Below are positions 30,466-39,980 of a stretch of DNA of 64,000 nt, piece after piece. This DNA comes from Alkalispirochaeta sp. (GTDB lineage Bacteria; Spirochaetota; Spirochaetia; DSM-27196; Alkalispirochaetaceae): contig OZ271854.1 in NCBI GenBank assembly GCA_965601925.1, positions 1,728,001 through 1,792,000 on the forward strand. Direction: 5' to 3'. The translations under genes and the position numbers were made by a program. Every line of letters begins with the position of its first letter. The stretch's first letter is position 1. The notes beneath the pieces were generated by a model. That model had not been told where the DNA came from, did no database searches, and saw nothing but the letters and a program-made list of their open reading frames with translations.

Positions 30466-30604
30466 CCGGTCAATACGCGTCACGGTACGTGCGTGAACCG
30501 ACGGACATCCGGCTCGTTCGACCCGTACGAGGCGTTCTCCCGCACGGGCGAGCTCACGCTGCGTGGAGCGACGTTATCGGGTAGACGGCGCGGCGTGCGC
30601 CTCC

Positions 30605-31783
30605 TCACATCGGGAGCGCTTCCCCCGCCGGGAGGAGGAGATCCACGCCGCAGCGGATCGTATCTCCATCGTCGCCGGCGACCGACGGAACCTCGATGAG
30701 GTGTTCCAAAAACATCCCCGCGGCACCGTATGCGACCGCCTGTTCCCCGAGTCGCGAGAGCGAGATGGCGCACTCCACCGGGTTGGGGTACGCCCAGCTT
30801 TCCTGAATGCGTACACTGATTGCAGCGATCAGCGCATCGGCGAGTATTTCCACCGGGCCGCCGATCACCACTTTCTGCAGATTAAGAATGTTGACGAGGA
30901 ACGCGATATGTCTGGAAAGCTCGTCGACGATGCGTTCGTCTATCTCATCGTCCTGGAGAAACCGTTGCGCCTGCTCGTCGGGAATCGAGAACTGATTGAC
31001 GCTGTCGCGGTTGTATAGAATGCTGCGAAACTCGCCTGCGGAGAACTCGTCACCGTGATGTACGCGCCCGTTGAGAACCAGTCCGATTCCGAGCGCCATA
31101 ATCCGGTAGTCGTCCATCTCTATGGTGTGTTTTCGGAGCTCTCCTAAGACGAATAGGAAGTTCTGCGGGCGGGTACTGTGCTTGAATGCGAGCTCGCCCC
31201 AACATCCGCAATTAGCGTCGTTATCGACGAAGATGGGAATCGAAAGGCCGAGGCGCGCTTTTGCCTCCTCAACGAATTCGATCTCTTCGTAATGTTCGAA
31301 CGGCATCGAGGCCTTTAACACTCCGCGTACCGGATCGACGAATCCCGGAAGACCGACGCCGATTCCGATGAGAGGCATACCCGTCGCCTCAAGGCTGGAC
31401 CGAAACCGCTCTACAATCCCGGTAAAGGCGTCTACCAGATCGTATCGTCGAAGATCCAGCGGCTCGGTGTGGGAGAAGAATACGTCGCCGTGCAGATTGA
31501 TGCCTACGACGGTGAACGCCTCGGTCTGCACTTCGACACCCATGACGCACCCCCAGCCCGGTTTGATGCGTAGATGGATCGGTCGTCGCCCGCCGGTCGG
31601 GCCGGCGTCGCCTACCGCCGCGGTTTCGACGATTCGTAACTCCTCCAAATAGGCCACGATTTTCGAGACCGTAGATTTGTTGAGCCCGAGTCGACGCGAT
31701 ATATCGACGCGACTCAGACCCGGGTTGAGCCATATCGTTCTGAGAACTCTGGTAATGTTAACCTTGCTAACATAGTTGACCAT
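30605..31783 (-). CDS. ROK-family transcriptional repressor (ROK1)
   Basis: N-terminal HTH (SRVDISRRLGLNKSTVS), GGRRP, GVGLPGFVD, VDNDAN, AGEF, AVAYGAA. Confidence 0.92.
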   Translation of the reverse strand: MVNYVSKVNITRVLRTIWLNPGLSRVDISRRLGLNKSTVSKIVAYLEELRIVETAAVGDAGPTGGRRPIHLRIKPGWGCVMGVEVQTEAFTVVGINLHGDVFFSHTEPLDLRRYDLVDAFTGIVERFRSSLEATGMPLIGIGVGLPGFVDPVRGVLKASMPFEHYEEIEFVEEAKARLGLSIPIFVDNDANCGCWGELAFKHSTRPQNFLFVLGELRKHTIEMDDYRIMALGIGLVLNGRVHHGDEFSAGEFRSILYNRDSVNQFSIPDEQAQRFLQDDEIDERIVDELSRHIAFLVNILNLQKVVIGGPVEILADALIAAISVRIQESWAYPNPVECAISLSRLGEQAVAYGAAGMFLEHLIEVPSVAGDDGDTIRCGVDLLLPAGEALPM

Positions 31784-31785
31784 AG

Positions 31786-31832
31786 TAGTTGGTTGTAGAA
31801 ACCAATCTACACCTGCACAGTGATGCTGTCAA
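31786..31832 (-). promoter_or_regulatory. ROK1 promoter and overlapping palindromic operator
   Basis: TTGACA(31832-31827)-17 bp-TAGATT(31809-31804); inverted repeat TTGGTT-N5-AACCAA at 31789-31805. Confidence 0.7.
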
Positions 31833-31878
31833 AGTAAAAAGTCTTCCGTTTTTCGCGCGCATCGGCGATCTTTTTTGT

Positions 31879-31933
31879 TTGACAGCGTGAATTTGCCATG
31901 CTACCCTCGTGGTTGGTTGTGTCTCGCAACTAA
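31879..31933 (+). promoter_or_regulatory. Promoter and candidate ROK operator of the sugar ABC/GH65 operon
   Basis: TTGACA(31879-31884)-17 bp-TACCCT(31902-31907) with TGn extension; imperfect repeat TTGGTTG-N7-CAACTAA at 31913-31933. Confidence 0.65.
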
Positions 31934-31961
31934 ATGGAGACATCCCGAAATAGGAGGTTTT

Positions 31962-33302
31962 ATGTTCAAAAAAATGGCGATGTTTCTTGTCGCCGCAGTA
32001 TTGGTACTGCTTGTCGTTGCCTGTGCACGGGAAGACGACGGTCAAACGGCTGCGGCCGACACAGACGTCGACTTTTCCGATAACCCGTACACCGACGGTC
32101 AGGACCTTTCCGGCACGACGGTGAATATCTTCGGTGCCTTTGTCGATGAGGATGCGAGTCGTTTTGAAGAGTCGATGATTCCGTTTGAAGAAGCTACCGG
32201 TATCGATATCGTGTACGAGGGTAGCGGGGACTTCGAGACTCTGATCACCGTTCGCTCCGAGGGCGGAAGCCCTCCCGACATCGCGGCTTTTCCGCAGCCC
32301 GGCCTCGCGGCGGACCTCATTCGCGGCGGCTTGGTGTACGATCTCACAGACTGGTTCGGCCTCGATTATCTCCGAGAACAGTACAACGACGCGTGGATCG
32401 ATCTCGCCGAGATCGGCGGTATTCAAGCCGGCGTCTGGTATCGCGCCAGCGTCAAGAGTCTCGTCTGGTACAACCTGCCGGTTTTCGAGGCGGAGGGATA
32501 CGAGATTCCCGAGACGTGGGACGAACTGATCGCCCTGAGCGATGAGATGGTGTCCGACGGTTATACCCCATGGGTCATCGGTATCGAGAGTTCCGGTGCG
32601 ACCGGTTGGACGGCGACCGACTGGATCGAGGATATCATGCTTCGTGTCCACCCGCCGGAAGTCTACGATGCGTGGGTCACCGGTGATCTCCCGTTCAACA
32701 GTCCCGAGGTTCGTGAGGCGATCGATTTTCTCACCGAGATCTGGTTCAACGAGGACTACGTGCTCGGCGGCCGCCAAGGCATAGTGTTGACACCTTTCGG
32801 CGATGCACCCACACCCATGACCCAGAATCCCCCGGCGGCGCTCATGCATCGGCAGGCTTCCTTTATCACCGCCTTTATGCCCGATGAGGGACGCGAGGTC
32901 GGCGAAACGGTCGGGTTCTTCTACCTTCCCCCGATCGACACGAGTCTGGGTCGGCCTGTCCTCGGCGCCGGAGACCTGATGTCCCCAATGCAGGATCGCC
33001 CTGAGGTACGCGCGGTCATGCGCTTTCTCAGCACCGGTGCGTCCACTCGTGCGTGGCTCGAGTCCGGCGGATTCGTCTCGCCGCACAACGATACGCCCCT
33101 CGACTGGTATCCCACGGTCACGGACCGCGGTATCGCCGAGATTCTGTTGCAGGCGACGACCTTCCGTTTCGATGCGTCGGATCTGATGCCCGGCCCCGTC
33201 GGTGCCGGAACGTTCTGGACCGAGATCACCGCTTTCGTCAACGACGAGGACGCGAATCTCACCCAGTTGTTGGACAACATCGACGCGAGCTGGCCGCGAT
33301 AG
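31962..33302 (+). CDS. Alpha-glucoside ABC transporter substrate-binding lipoprotein (AglE/GgtB-like)
   Basis: AGGAGG SD, lipobox VVAC, PPDIAAFPQPG, KSLVWY, GIESSGATGW..TDWIED, RFDASDLMP..VGAGTFW. Confidence 0.88.
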   Translation: MFKKMAMFLVAAVLVLLVVACAREDDGQTAAADTDVDFSDNPYTDGQDLSGTTVNIFGAFVDEDASRFEESMIPFEEATGIDIVYEGSGDFETLITVRSEGGSPPDIAAFPQPGLAADLIRGGLVYDLTDWFGLDYLREQYNDAWIDLAEIGGIQAGVWYRASVKSLVWYNLPVFEAEGYEIPETWDELIALSDEMVSDGYTPWVIGIESSGATGWTATDWIEDIMLRVHPPEVYDAWVTGDLPFNSPEVREAIDFLTEIWFNEDYVLGGRQGIVLTPFGDAPTPMTQNPPAALMHRQASFITAFMPDEGREVGETVGFFYLPPIDTSLGRPVLGAGDLMSPMQDRPEVRAVMRFLSTGASTRAWLESGGFVSPHNDTPLDWYPTVTDRGIAEILLQATTFRFDASDLMPGPVGAGTFWTEITAFVNDEDANLTQLLDNIDASWPR

Positions 33303-33321
33303 TCGATCGCGAATGCCGTTT

Positions 33322-33355
33322 ACCAGCGGGGAGGTATCGCCCCGCTGGTTTTTTT
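33322..33355 (+). terminator. Intrinsic terminator/stabilising hairpin after the binding-protein gene
   Basis: ACCAGCGGGG-8 nt loop-CCCCGCTGGT followed by T6. Confidence 0.8.
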
Positions 33356-33381
33356 ACATTCCGTTCCCAGTCGGAGGTGCC

Positions 33382-34461
33382 ATGAGTGATACCGCTGTAA
33401 CCAATAACCGGACAACGCAGACGCTGGTTTCCATAGCGATCGCCGCAGCGCTTGTGGTGGTATTCGCGTGGAGTTTCAACTTTATGCGCAACGAGGAAGC
33501 GCCGAGATTTCTCATTGCCGTAGTCGCCCTGGTGGTCGGGGTCGGTGGCATATGGGCGCTCTTTCTTACGGTCGATAAGCTGGTCGCACAGCTTCCGATC
33601 ACCGCGCGCGATCGGTTGAGGCCCTACGTGTTTATCACACCCGCGTTTCTTATTCTGCTGATCTATATCATCTATCCCACGCTTCGGACGATCTATGTCA
33701 GTTTTTTCGACTATCGGAGAGGTGGAGATCCGGTCAATTTCGGGCTGCAAAACTACGTTGCCGCGTTTCGGGATCCTGCATTGTTGATCGCGATACGCAA
33801 CAACATCTTGTGGCTCATCTTCGTGCCGCTTTTTGCCGTATCTCTGGGATTGATCATCGCCGTCCTGGTGGACCGCATCAAATGGGAGAAGTTCGCCAAG
33901 TCGCTGATATTCATGCCGATGGCGATCTCCTTCGTGGGCGCGGCGGTCATTTGGCGTTTTATTTACTATTTCGCGATCTTCGGCGAGCAGATCGGTCTTC
34001 TCAACGCCATCGTCGTCGGACTCGGCGGGGAGGCGATCGGTTGGTTGCGTCTCGAACCGTGGAACAACTTTTTCCTCATCGTGATCATGATATGGCTGCA
34101 GACCGGTTTTGCGATGGTGATTCTCTCCTCGGCGGTCAAAGGTGTGCCTGCAAGTCTGCTTGAGGCGGCGCGCATCGACGGAGCCGGCGAGTTTCGCATC
34201 TTTTTTCAGGTGATCATTCCGTATGTCAGCGGAACGATCCTGACGGTCACCACGACCATCGTCATATTGGTGCTCAAAGTGTTCGACGTCGTGTTCGTAA
34301 TGACCAGCGGACGGTTCAACACCGACGTGGTGGCCAACATGATGTACAACCAGATGTTCCGGCAAGGGCAGTACGGCCGGGGCGCGGCGTTGGCGGTGGT
34401 CATCTTCCTGGCGGTTACGCCGGTGATGATTCGCAACATTCGCAGCCTCAATAAGGCGTGA
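33382..34461 (+). CDS. Sugar ABC transporter permease (AglF/GgtC-like)
   Basis: GGAGG SD, FMPMAISFVGA, EAARIDGA motif. Confidence 0.9.
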   Translation: MSDTAVTNNRTTQTLVSIAIAAALVVVFAWSFNFMRNEEAPRFLIAVVALVVGVGGIWALFLTVDKLVAQLPITARDRLRPYVFITPAFLILLIYIIYPTLRTIYVSFFDYRRGGDPVNFGLQNYVAAFRDPALLIAIRNNILWLIFVPLFAVSLGLIIAVLVDRIKWEKFAKSLIFMPMAISFVGAAVIWRFIYYFAIFGEQIGLLNAIVVGLGGEAIGWLRLEPWNNFFLIVIMIWLQTGFAMVILSSAVKGVPASLLEAARIDGAGEFRIFFQVIIPYVSGTILTVTTTIVILVLKVFDVVFVMTSGRFNTDVVANMMYNQMFRQGQYGRGAALAVVIFLAVTPVMIRNIRSLNKA

Positions 34462-34471
34462 GGAGGGTTCG

Positions 34472-35359
34472 ATGTCCGATACGTTAGTACTGCAAAAGCG
34501 CAAGAAGACCTCCCAGGAGGCCGCCGGGCGGATTATGCTCAACCTCACGGTTGTCATCATCGTCGTGTTGTGGACGCTCCCGACCTTCGGACTCTTGGTG
34601 AGTTCCTTTCGGGATCCCCAGGCGATCAACACGAGCGGTTGGTGGACGGCGATATTCCGTCCCTTCACTCAGGGGAACTGGACGTTCGACAATTACATCT
34701 TCGTGTTGACCGAAGACGGTATGGGAAACGCCTTTCTCAACAGCCTCCTGGTAACGATTCCGGCGACGGTAATTCCGATCACGATCGCGGCCTTCGCCGC
34801 CTATGGGCTCGCATGGATGGAGTTCAAGGGACGGCGTCTCATGTTCATCCTCGTCGTGGGATTGATGGTCGTGCCGCTGCAAACCTCACTGTTGCCTCTC
34901 TTTCGATTGTACGAGAATGCCGAGCTCAACGGCACATATCTCGGAATCTGGCTGGCGCACACGGGATTCGGTCTTCCTCTGGCGACCTACCTCCTCTACG
35001 GCTATATTTCGCAGATCCCGCGCGACTTGATCGAGGCTGCCGAGGTCGACGGCACGACTCCTATGACGAAGTTCATCTTTTTGGTCGTGCCGCTGTCGGT
35101 GCCTGCGATAGCCTCTTTTGCGATCTTCCAGTTTCTCTGGGTATGGAACGACCTTCTCGTCGCATTGGTCTTTTTGGGTACCAGTGTCGACGTCGCACTG
35201 GTAACGACACGACTGTCGGAGATGGTCGGATCTCGCGGGCAGGACTGGTACGTGCTAACCTCCGGCGCGTTTCTCACGATGATCATGCCCCTGACCGTCT
35301 TTTTCGGTCTGCAGCGGTACTTCGTTCGCGGAATGATGGCGGGTTCGGTTAAGGGATAG
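34472..35359 (+). CDS. Sugar ABC transporter permease (AglG/GgtD-like)
   Basis: EAAEVDG motif, FQFLWVWNDLLVALVF, QRYFVRG. Confidence 0.9.
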   Translation: MSDTLVLQKRKKTSQEAAGRIMLNLTVVIIVVLWTLPTFGLLVSSFRDPQAINTSGWWTAIFRPFTQGNWTFDNYIFVLTEDGMGNAFLNSLLVTIPATVIPITIAAFAAYGLAWMEFKGRRLMFILVVGLMVVPLQTSLLPLFRLYENAELNGTYLGIWLAHTGFGLPLATYLLYGYISQIPRDLIEAAEVDGTTPMTKFIFLVVPLSVPAIASFAIFQFLWVWNDLLVALVFLGTSVDVALVTTRLSEMVGSRGQDWYVLTSGAFLTMIMPLTVFFGLQRYFVRGMMAGSVKG

Positions 35360-35442
35360 AACGCCCGGCGCACACGACACACAACTCTCAATTGGGTGGC
35401 TGCCGAGTTCGGTACGCCACCCCTTTTTTGGAGACGCATACG

Positions 35443-37842
35443 ATGAAACTGGAGAACAATCTCAACAGCGCCACGACGTGGGACATCTACGAAGAACGAT
35501 TCGTCGCCGATCAAGCGATAACCACGGGAAGCAACTATATGATCGGCAACGGATACCTCGGCTATCGCGGTACATTTGCCGACGATCGCGCTGCTGAGTA
35601 CGTCGCGTGCGTCGTGACCGATACCTACGACAACGCCGACGGCGTGTGGAAGGAGTTGGTGACCGCCCCCAACGGGCTATACACGGAGCTCGCCGTCGAC
35701 GGCAGATCCGTTCTATGGCGTGACGCGGGGTGGGGAGAGTATCGGCGGAGCCTCGACTTCCGCTACGGTCGGTGGTCCGCCCGCGCGGACTGGGATACGG
35801 AAGGGCTTGAAGTCGAGGAGACGCGGTTTGCTTCCTACGACGACCTGCACCTGTTGGCCGCTCGCACGCGCCTAACCGCGAGCCGTCGTGTCGCGCTCAC
35901 GATACGTACCGGGATCGACGGGATTGTGTGGAGCCTCAACGGCGACCACTTCGCGGAGAAGAGCCAATCGGTAGACGGCAGCCAGCTTCAGGCGTACCGC
36001 GTTACCGGTGAGCACGGATATGAGGTGGTCGTGAGAGAGCACGCCGTGCTTGCCCTCGCCGACGGCGCGGAGATTCCCTCGGTGCGTATCGACGACACCG
36101 AGGGGAGTGTGTTTCGCGTTTTTGAGATCGATCTCGACGCCGGGGAGACGGTGTACCTTACGAAGTACGTTTCGGTTTACTCGACTAACGACATACGAGA
36201 CGGTGACAATCCGCAGACGCGGATCGGCTCGACGCCCGGCGTCGATCCCGATCGACCGACGCGCGCGGACGTTGAGCTCTCGGCGCGCACGTCGATAGAA
36301 CGCGCCGTATCCGCCGGCTGGGACGACGTACAAAGCGCTCATCGTGAGCGGTGGGATGCCCGTTGGTCCGATATGGACATCGCGATTCAGGGCGACGAGA
36401 CGGCGCAAACGCTCCTTCGCTACAACTTGTACCACAATATCATTGCAACGCCCGCCCACGCCGATCACCTTCCGATCGGCGCCCGCGGGCTCTCATGCCA
36501 GGCGTACCAGGGCGCCGCCTTCTGGGATCAGGAGGTCTTCAACCTACCGATGTTTCTCTTCACCGCGCCGGAAGTCGCGCGTAACATCCTCGTCTACCGT
36601 TACAAGACGCTCGACGGCGCCCGTAAGAAGGCGCGCGACCTCGGCTATCGCGGAGCGTTCTACGCGTGGGTATCGGGAGACTCCGGCGAGGAGATCTGCC
36701 CGTCGTACTTCTTCAAGGACGTTATCTCCGGGCGTAGAATCCGCAACCACTTCAACGACTGGCAGATTCACGTCTCACCCGACATCGCTTATACGATCTG
36801 GAAGTATGTCACGGTCACTCACGACTGGGACTATCTGGAACGGTACGGAGCGGAGATCGTCTTCGAGATTGCTCGCTTCTTGGTCTCGCGGTCGCATTAT
36901 CGCAAGGATCGTGAGCGCTACGATATCATCCGCGTTCTCGGTCCGGACGAATATCACGAGAATGTCGACAACAATTTCTTCACCAACTTTCAGGTGCGAT
37001 TTGCGTCCCGGTACGCCGCTGACGTATACGACCGGATGCGTAAACACGCCCCCGAGCGACTCGTCGCGGTCTCCGAGGCGATCGGGTTGGAAGAACGTGA
37101 ACCGCGCGACTGGCGCGAGCTGGCCGATGGGGTCTACGTGCGAGATGCGGACCCCGAGACGAGGTTGATCGAACAGTTCGACGGCTTTTTTCAACTTGAG
37201 GATACGACGCCGGAGGAGATCAAGGGCCGACTCATCGACGCAAGCGAGTATTGGGGGTGGCCCAACGGTATCGCGGTAGAGACGCAGGTGAGCAAGCAGG
37301 CCGATGTAGCGCAGCTGTTTATGCTACATCCGACCGCCCACGACACTGCGGTCATGAAGGCCAATTGGGAGTATTACGAGCCGCGTACGCAACACGGATC
37401 ATCTCTCAGTCCGGCGGTCTATGCCATCGTCGCCGCGTGGGTGGGCCGCATGGAGGAGGCTGAACGGTACTTCTTCAAGTCGTGTACCGTCGATTTGTAC
37501 AACACCAATAAAGCGGTCAGCGGTGGCACGTTCATCGGAGGGATCCACACCGCGGCGTGCGGGGTTAGTTGGCAAATCGTCGTGAGCGGCTTTGCCGGAC
37601 TGTACCTCACCGAAAAGGGATTCGGATTCCGCCCGCATCTTCCGGCCGGCTGGGATCGGCTTTCTTTTGTGCTCAAACGGTGGGGATGCCGGATTGCCGT
37701 TGCGATCGAGGCCGATCCCGATGGGCGCGGCGCGCGATTGAAGATCGTCGCCGACGACGCCAACCCCGGAGCATTGGAGATCGAAACCGGCTCGGATCGC
37801 CGAAGTGTCGAGCCCGGCGCTGCCGTGGAGTTGCAATCCTGA
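35443..37842 (+). CDS. GH65 phosphorylase, 1,2-alpha-glucosylglycerol phosphorylase-like
   Basis: GNGYLGYRG, IGARGLSCQAYQGAAFWDQE, GPDEYHE, KQAD, SSLS, SGGTFIGGIHTAA. Confidence 0.88.
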   Translation: MKLENNLNSATTWDIYEERFVADQAITTGSNYMIGNGYLGYRGTFADDRAAEYVACVVTDTYDNADGVWKELVTAPNGLYTELAVDGRSVLWRDAGWGEYRRSLDFRYGRWSARADWDTEGLEVEETRFASYDDLHLLAARTRLTASRRVALTIRTGIDGIVWSLNGDHFAEKSQSVDGSQLQAYRVTGEHGYEVVVREHAVLALADGAEIPSVRIDDTEGSVFRVFEIDLDAGETVYLTKYVSVYSTNDIRDGDNPQTRIGSTPGVDPDRPTRADVELSARTSIERAVSAGWDDVQSAHRERWDARWSDMDIAIQGDETAQTLLRYNLYHNIIATPAHADHLPIGARGLSCQAYQGAAFWDQEVFNLPMFLFTAPEVARNILVYRYKTLDGARKKARDLGYRGAFYAWVSGDSGEEICPSYFFKDVISGRRIRNHFNDWQIHVSPDIAYTIWKYVTVTHDWDYLERYGAEIVFEIARFLVSRSHYRKDRERYDIIRVLGPDEYHENVDNNFFTNFQVRFASRYAADVYDRMRKHAPERLVAVSEAIGLEEREPRDWRELADGVYVRDADPETRLIEQFDGFFQLEDTTPEEIKGRLIDASEYWGWPNGIAVETQVSKQADVAQLFMLHPTAHDTAVMKANWEYYEPRTQHGSSLSPAVYAIVAAWVGRMEEAERYFFKSCTVDLYNTNKAVSGGTFIGGIHTAACGVSWQIVVSGFAGLYLTEKGFGFRPHLPAGWDRLSFVLKRWGCRIAVAIEADPDGRGARLKIVADDANPGALEIETGSDRRSVEPGAAVELQS

Positions 37843-37968
37843 AAGCGGTGCGACGGCCGGGGGCCTCGAAGCGAGACCGAAACGGCATGTGCCGATGCCG
37901 GTAACGCGCGGCGTGCGAGTCTTCGCCATGCGCTACTGACCTGGGGGAAAAGTGGTCACCGGGCGACC

Positions 37969-38130
37969 TCAATCGGGGTGCATGCCTCGTTCGCGTACCG
38001 CCGTTGTTGCTCGCCCATGCGTCGGGGGCGAGCGCGACTCCATGTCGGTTGCGTACCGCAGCCTTCGGCGAGGAACGCAACCTTTCCTCCTGCTGAGCGA
38101 TCGACGGCGCCGTCCGCTCCCCCTGATTGA
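37969..38130. ncRNA. Candidate structured RNA/element in a convergent intergenic region
   Basis: A closing stem encloses three hairpins (see findings); no known family recognised. Confidence 0.25.
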
Positions 38131-38157
38131 ACACCGGTGATACGCGACGCGCCTCCG

Positions 38158-39015
38158 CTACTCCTTGATTGCTCCGGCGGCGAAACCTCTCTTCAACTGC
38201 TCGTGAAAGAAAATGTAGAAGAGAATCATCGGTACCGTCGCGATGACCAACGCGGCAAAAAGGAGTCCGAAATCCCGCGATTGACCGCCGGCGAACGCGT
38301 TGACACCGACCGGCAGACTACGCAGGCGTTGGCTGCTGGTGAGGACGAAGACGAAGACGAACTCATTCCAGTTCGCGACAAACGAGAAGATGGTCATCGT
38401 GGCCACCACCGGCGCGCTGATCGGCCTGATCACGTGCCAAAAAATCGAGAGGTATCCGGCACCGTCGATGCGCGCGACCTCCTCCAACGAGTCGGGAACT
38501 CCGCGGATGAACGACGTCGCAAGGTACACCATAAACGGTAACCCGAAGCCTACGTACGGTATCAAAACTCCCAGCCGCGTATCGTCGATACCCAGTCTCG
38601 TCTCCAAGATAAACAGCGGTACCAGCACCGAATGCGCCGTCACCAACAATCCCATTACGAAAAACGTATGAAGATACTTCGAAATCCTGAAACCGAACTT
38701 GGCGAATCCGTAGCCCGCGCCCAACGCCAGAAAGACGGTAATCACCGTCGCCGTAGCGGTATAGATAATGCTGTTGACCGTATAAAGCCCGAGATCGCCG
38801 ATCGTCCAGGCGCGCACGTAATTATCGACAAACAGGGTACGGGGTAGCGCGAAAACGTTCCGTACGATATCCGGATGCGGCTTGAGCGAGCTGTAAAACA
38901 GCCATACCAACGGCGCTATCGTCAGGAACGTAAAGAACACCATAAAGATCGTCGCGAAGACTCTCCACGCAACGACGTCGCGGTCTCGTGCCATGCTACC
39001 GGTGATACTAGACAT
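38158..39015 (-). CDS. Carbohydrate ABC transporter permease
   Basis: EEVARIDGA, WNEF, multi-TM. Confidence 0.9.
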   Translation of the reverse strand: MSSITGSMARDRDVVAWRVFATIFMVFFTFLTIAPLVWLFYSSLKPHPDIVRNVFALPRTLFVDNYVRAWTIGDLGLYTVNSIIYTATATVITVFLALGAGYGFAKFGFRISKYLHTFFVMGLLVTAHSVLVPLFILETRLGIDDTRLGVLIPYVGFGLPFMVYLATSFIRGVPDSLEEVARIDGAGYLSIFWHVIRPISAPVVATMTIFSFVANWNEFVFVFVLTSSQRLRSLPVGVNAFAGGQSRDFGLLFAALVIATVPMILFYIFFHEQLKRGFAAGAIKE

Positions 39016-39895
39016 AGCGCGCCTCCACCCGTTTGAATATCGCTTGGATCGCGCTGATCAATCCCAGACTCAAGAACACGATTACCATCGAGACACCGCT
39101 GCCGAACCCGTAATTGTAGTAGCGAAAGGTGTTGAAGTACATGTAGATTGCAATTACCTCGGTATAATGTGCCGGCCCGCCCCCCGTCATCGCGAAAATC
39201 AGATCGAAACTCTTGAGGCTCCCGGCGATCGCAAACACGGCGGTCGTGAACACGACGTTGGCCATTTGCGGCAGCACCACCAGGAGCAGAATCTGATGCT
39301 CTCGTGCGCCGTCGATGATCGCGGCTTCGATCACCCCAGGATCGATACGCTGCAAGTTCGCGAGGAAAATAACCATGTAGATCCCGGTATACATCCACAG
39401 AATCACAAACAGGATCGGGACGATGGCAAACGTGCGACTTTCGAATATATCGAGCACGTAACGGGGATCGTCGCGGAGAATGCGCAGAAGCTGCGTGAAG
39501 ATCCCCGCCGGTGAGAAGATCTGATTCCACAGTTTCGCGACCACGACCGCCGCGATCGTAATCGGCAGGAAGATCATCGTTTCGAAGAAGGCGTGTCCCC
39601 GTACCATACGGCGATAGATGATGTAGGCAAGGGCAAAGCCGAACGGGATCTGTCCGAACACCGAAACGGCGACGATCAGGAGATTATTGCGCAATCCCAA
39701 GCGGAACACGGGATCGGTAAACATGCGGGTGTAGTTCTGTAGGCCGACAAACTCCGGGAGTCCGAAGCCGCTCCAACGCGTGAAGCCCGCCAAAAAACTG
39801 AATATGATGGGAAAAATGATTACCGCAGCGTAGATCAGTACTGCGGGCCCCACGAGCACAACGTAGGCGTTGATTTTTTCTCTGGTGATGGTCAT
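39008..39895 (-). CDS. Carbohydrate ABC transporter permease
   Basis: FVGLQNY, EAAIIDGA, MTGGGP. Confidence 0.9.
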   Translation of the reverse strand: MTITREKINAYVVLVGPAVLIYAAVIIFPIIFSFLAGFTRWSGFGLPEFVGLQNYTRMFTDPVFRLGLRNNLLIVAVSVFGQIPFGFALAYIIYRRMVRGHAFFETMIFLPITIAAVVVAKLWNQIFSPAGIFTQLLRILRDDPRYVLDIFESRTFAIVPILFVILWMYTGIYMVIFLANLQRIDPGVIEAAIIDGAREHQILLLVVLPQMANVVFTTAVFAIAGSLKSFDLIFAMTGGGPAHYTEVIAIYMYFNTFRYYNYGFGSGVSMVIVFLSLGLISAIQAIFKRVEARYV

Positions 39896-39929
39896 GGCTG
39901 ATCCTTGTGAGTCGCTCCATCGAACACGT

Positions 39930-39964
39930 CCCGACGTCGCGCATCACGGTACGCAACGTCGGGA
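39930..39964 (-). other. Stem-loop between the binding-protein and permease genes (mRNA stabiliser/attenuator)
   Basis: TCCCGACGT...ACGTCGGGA inverted repeat with an inner GCG/CGC pair; no U-tract. Confidence 0.55.
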
Positions 39965-39980
39965 ACGGAGTGTCGTGCTG

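Noticed and set aside
30466..30604. Convergent intergenic region sharing TCACGGTACG with the 39945 region; possible REP family
   Set aside because: Only a 10-bp match in two copies with different flanks, compatible with chance.
38082..38092. Minus-strand GAGGAAAG resembling the RNase P RNA P4 signature
   Set aside because: It continues GTT rather than TCC, and no 3' CAGAA..CGGCTTA counterpart is present.
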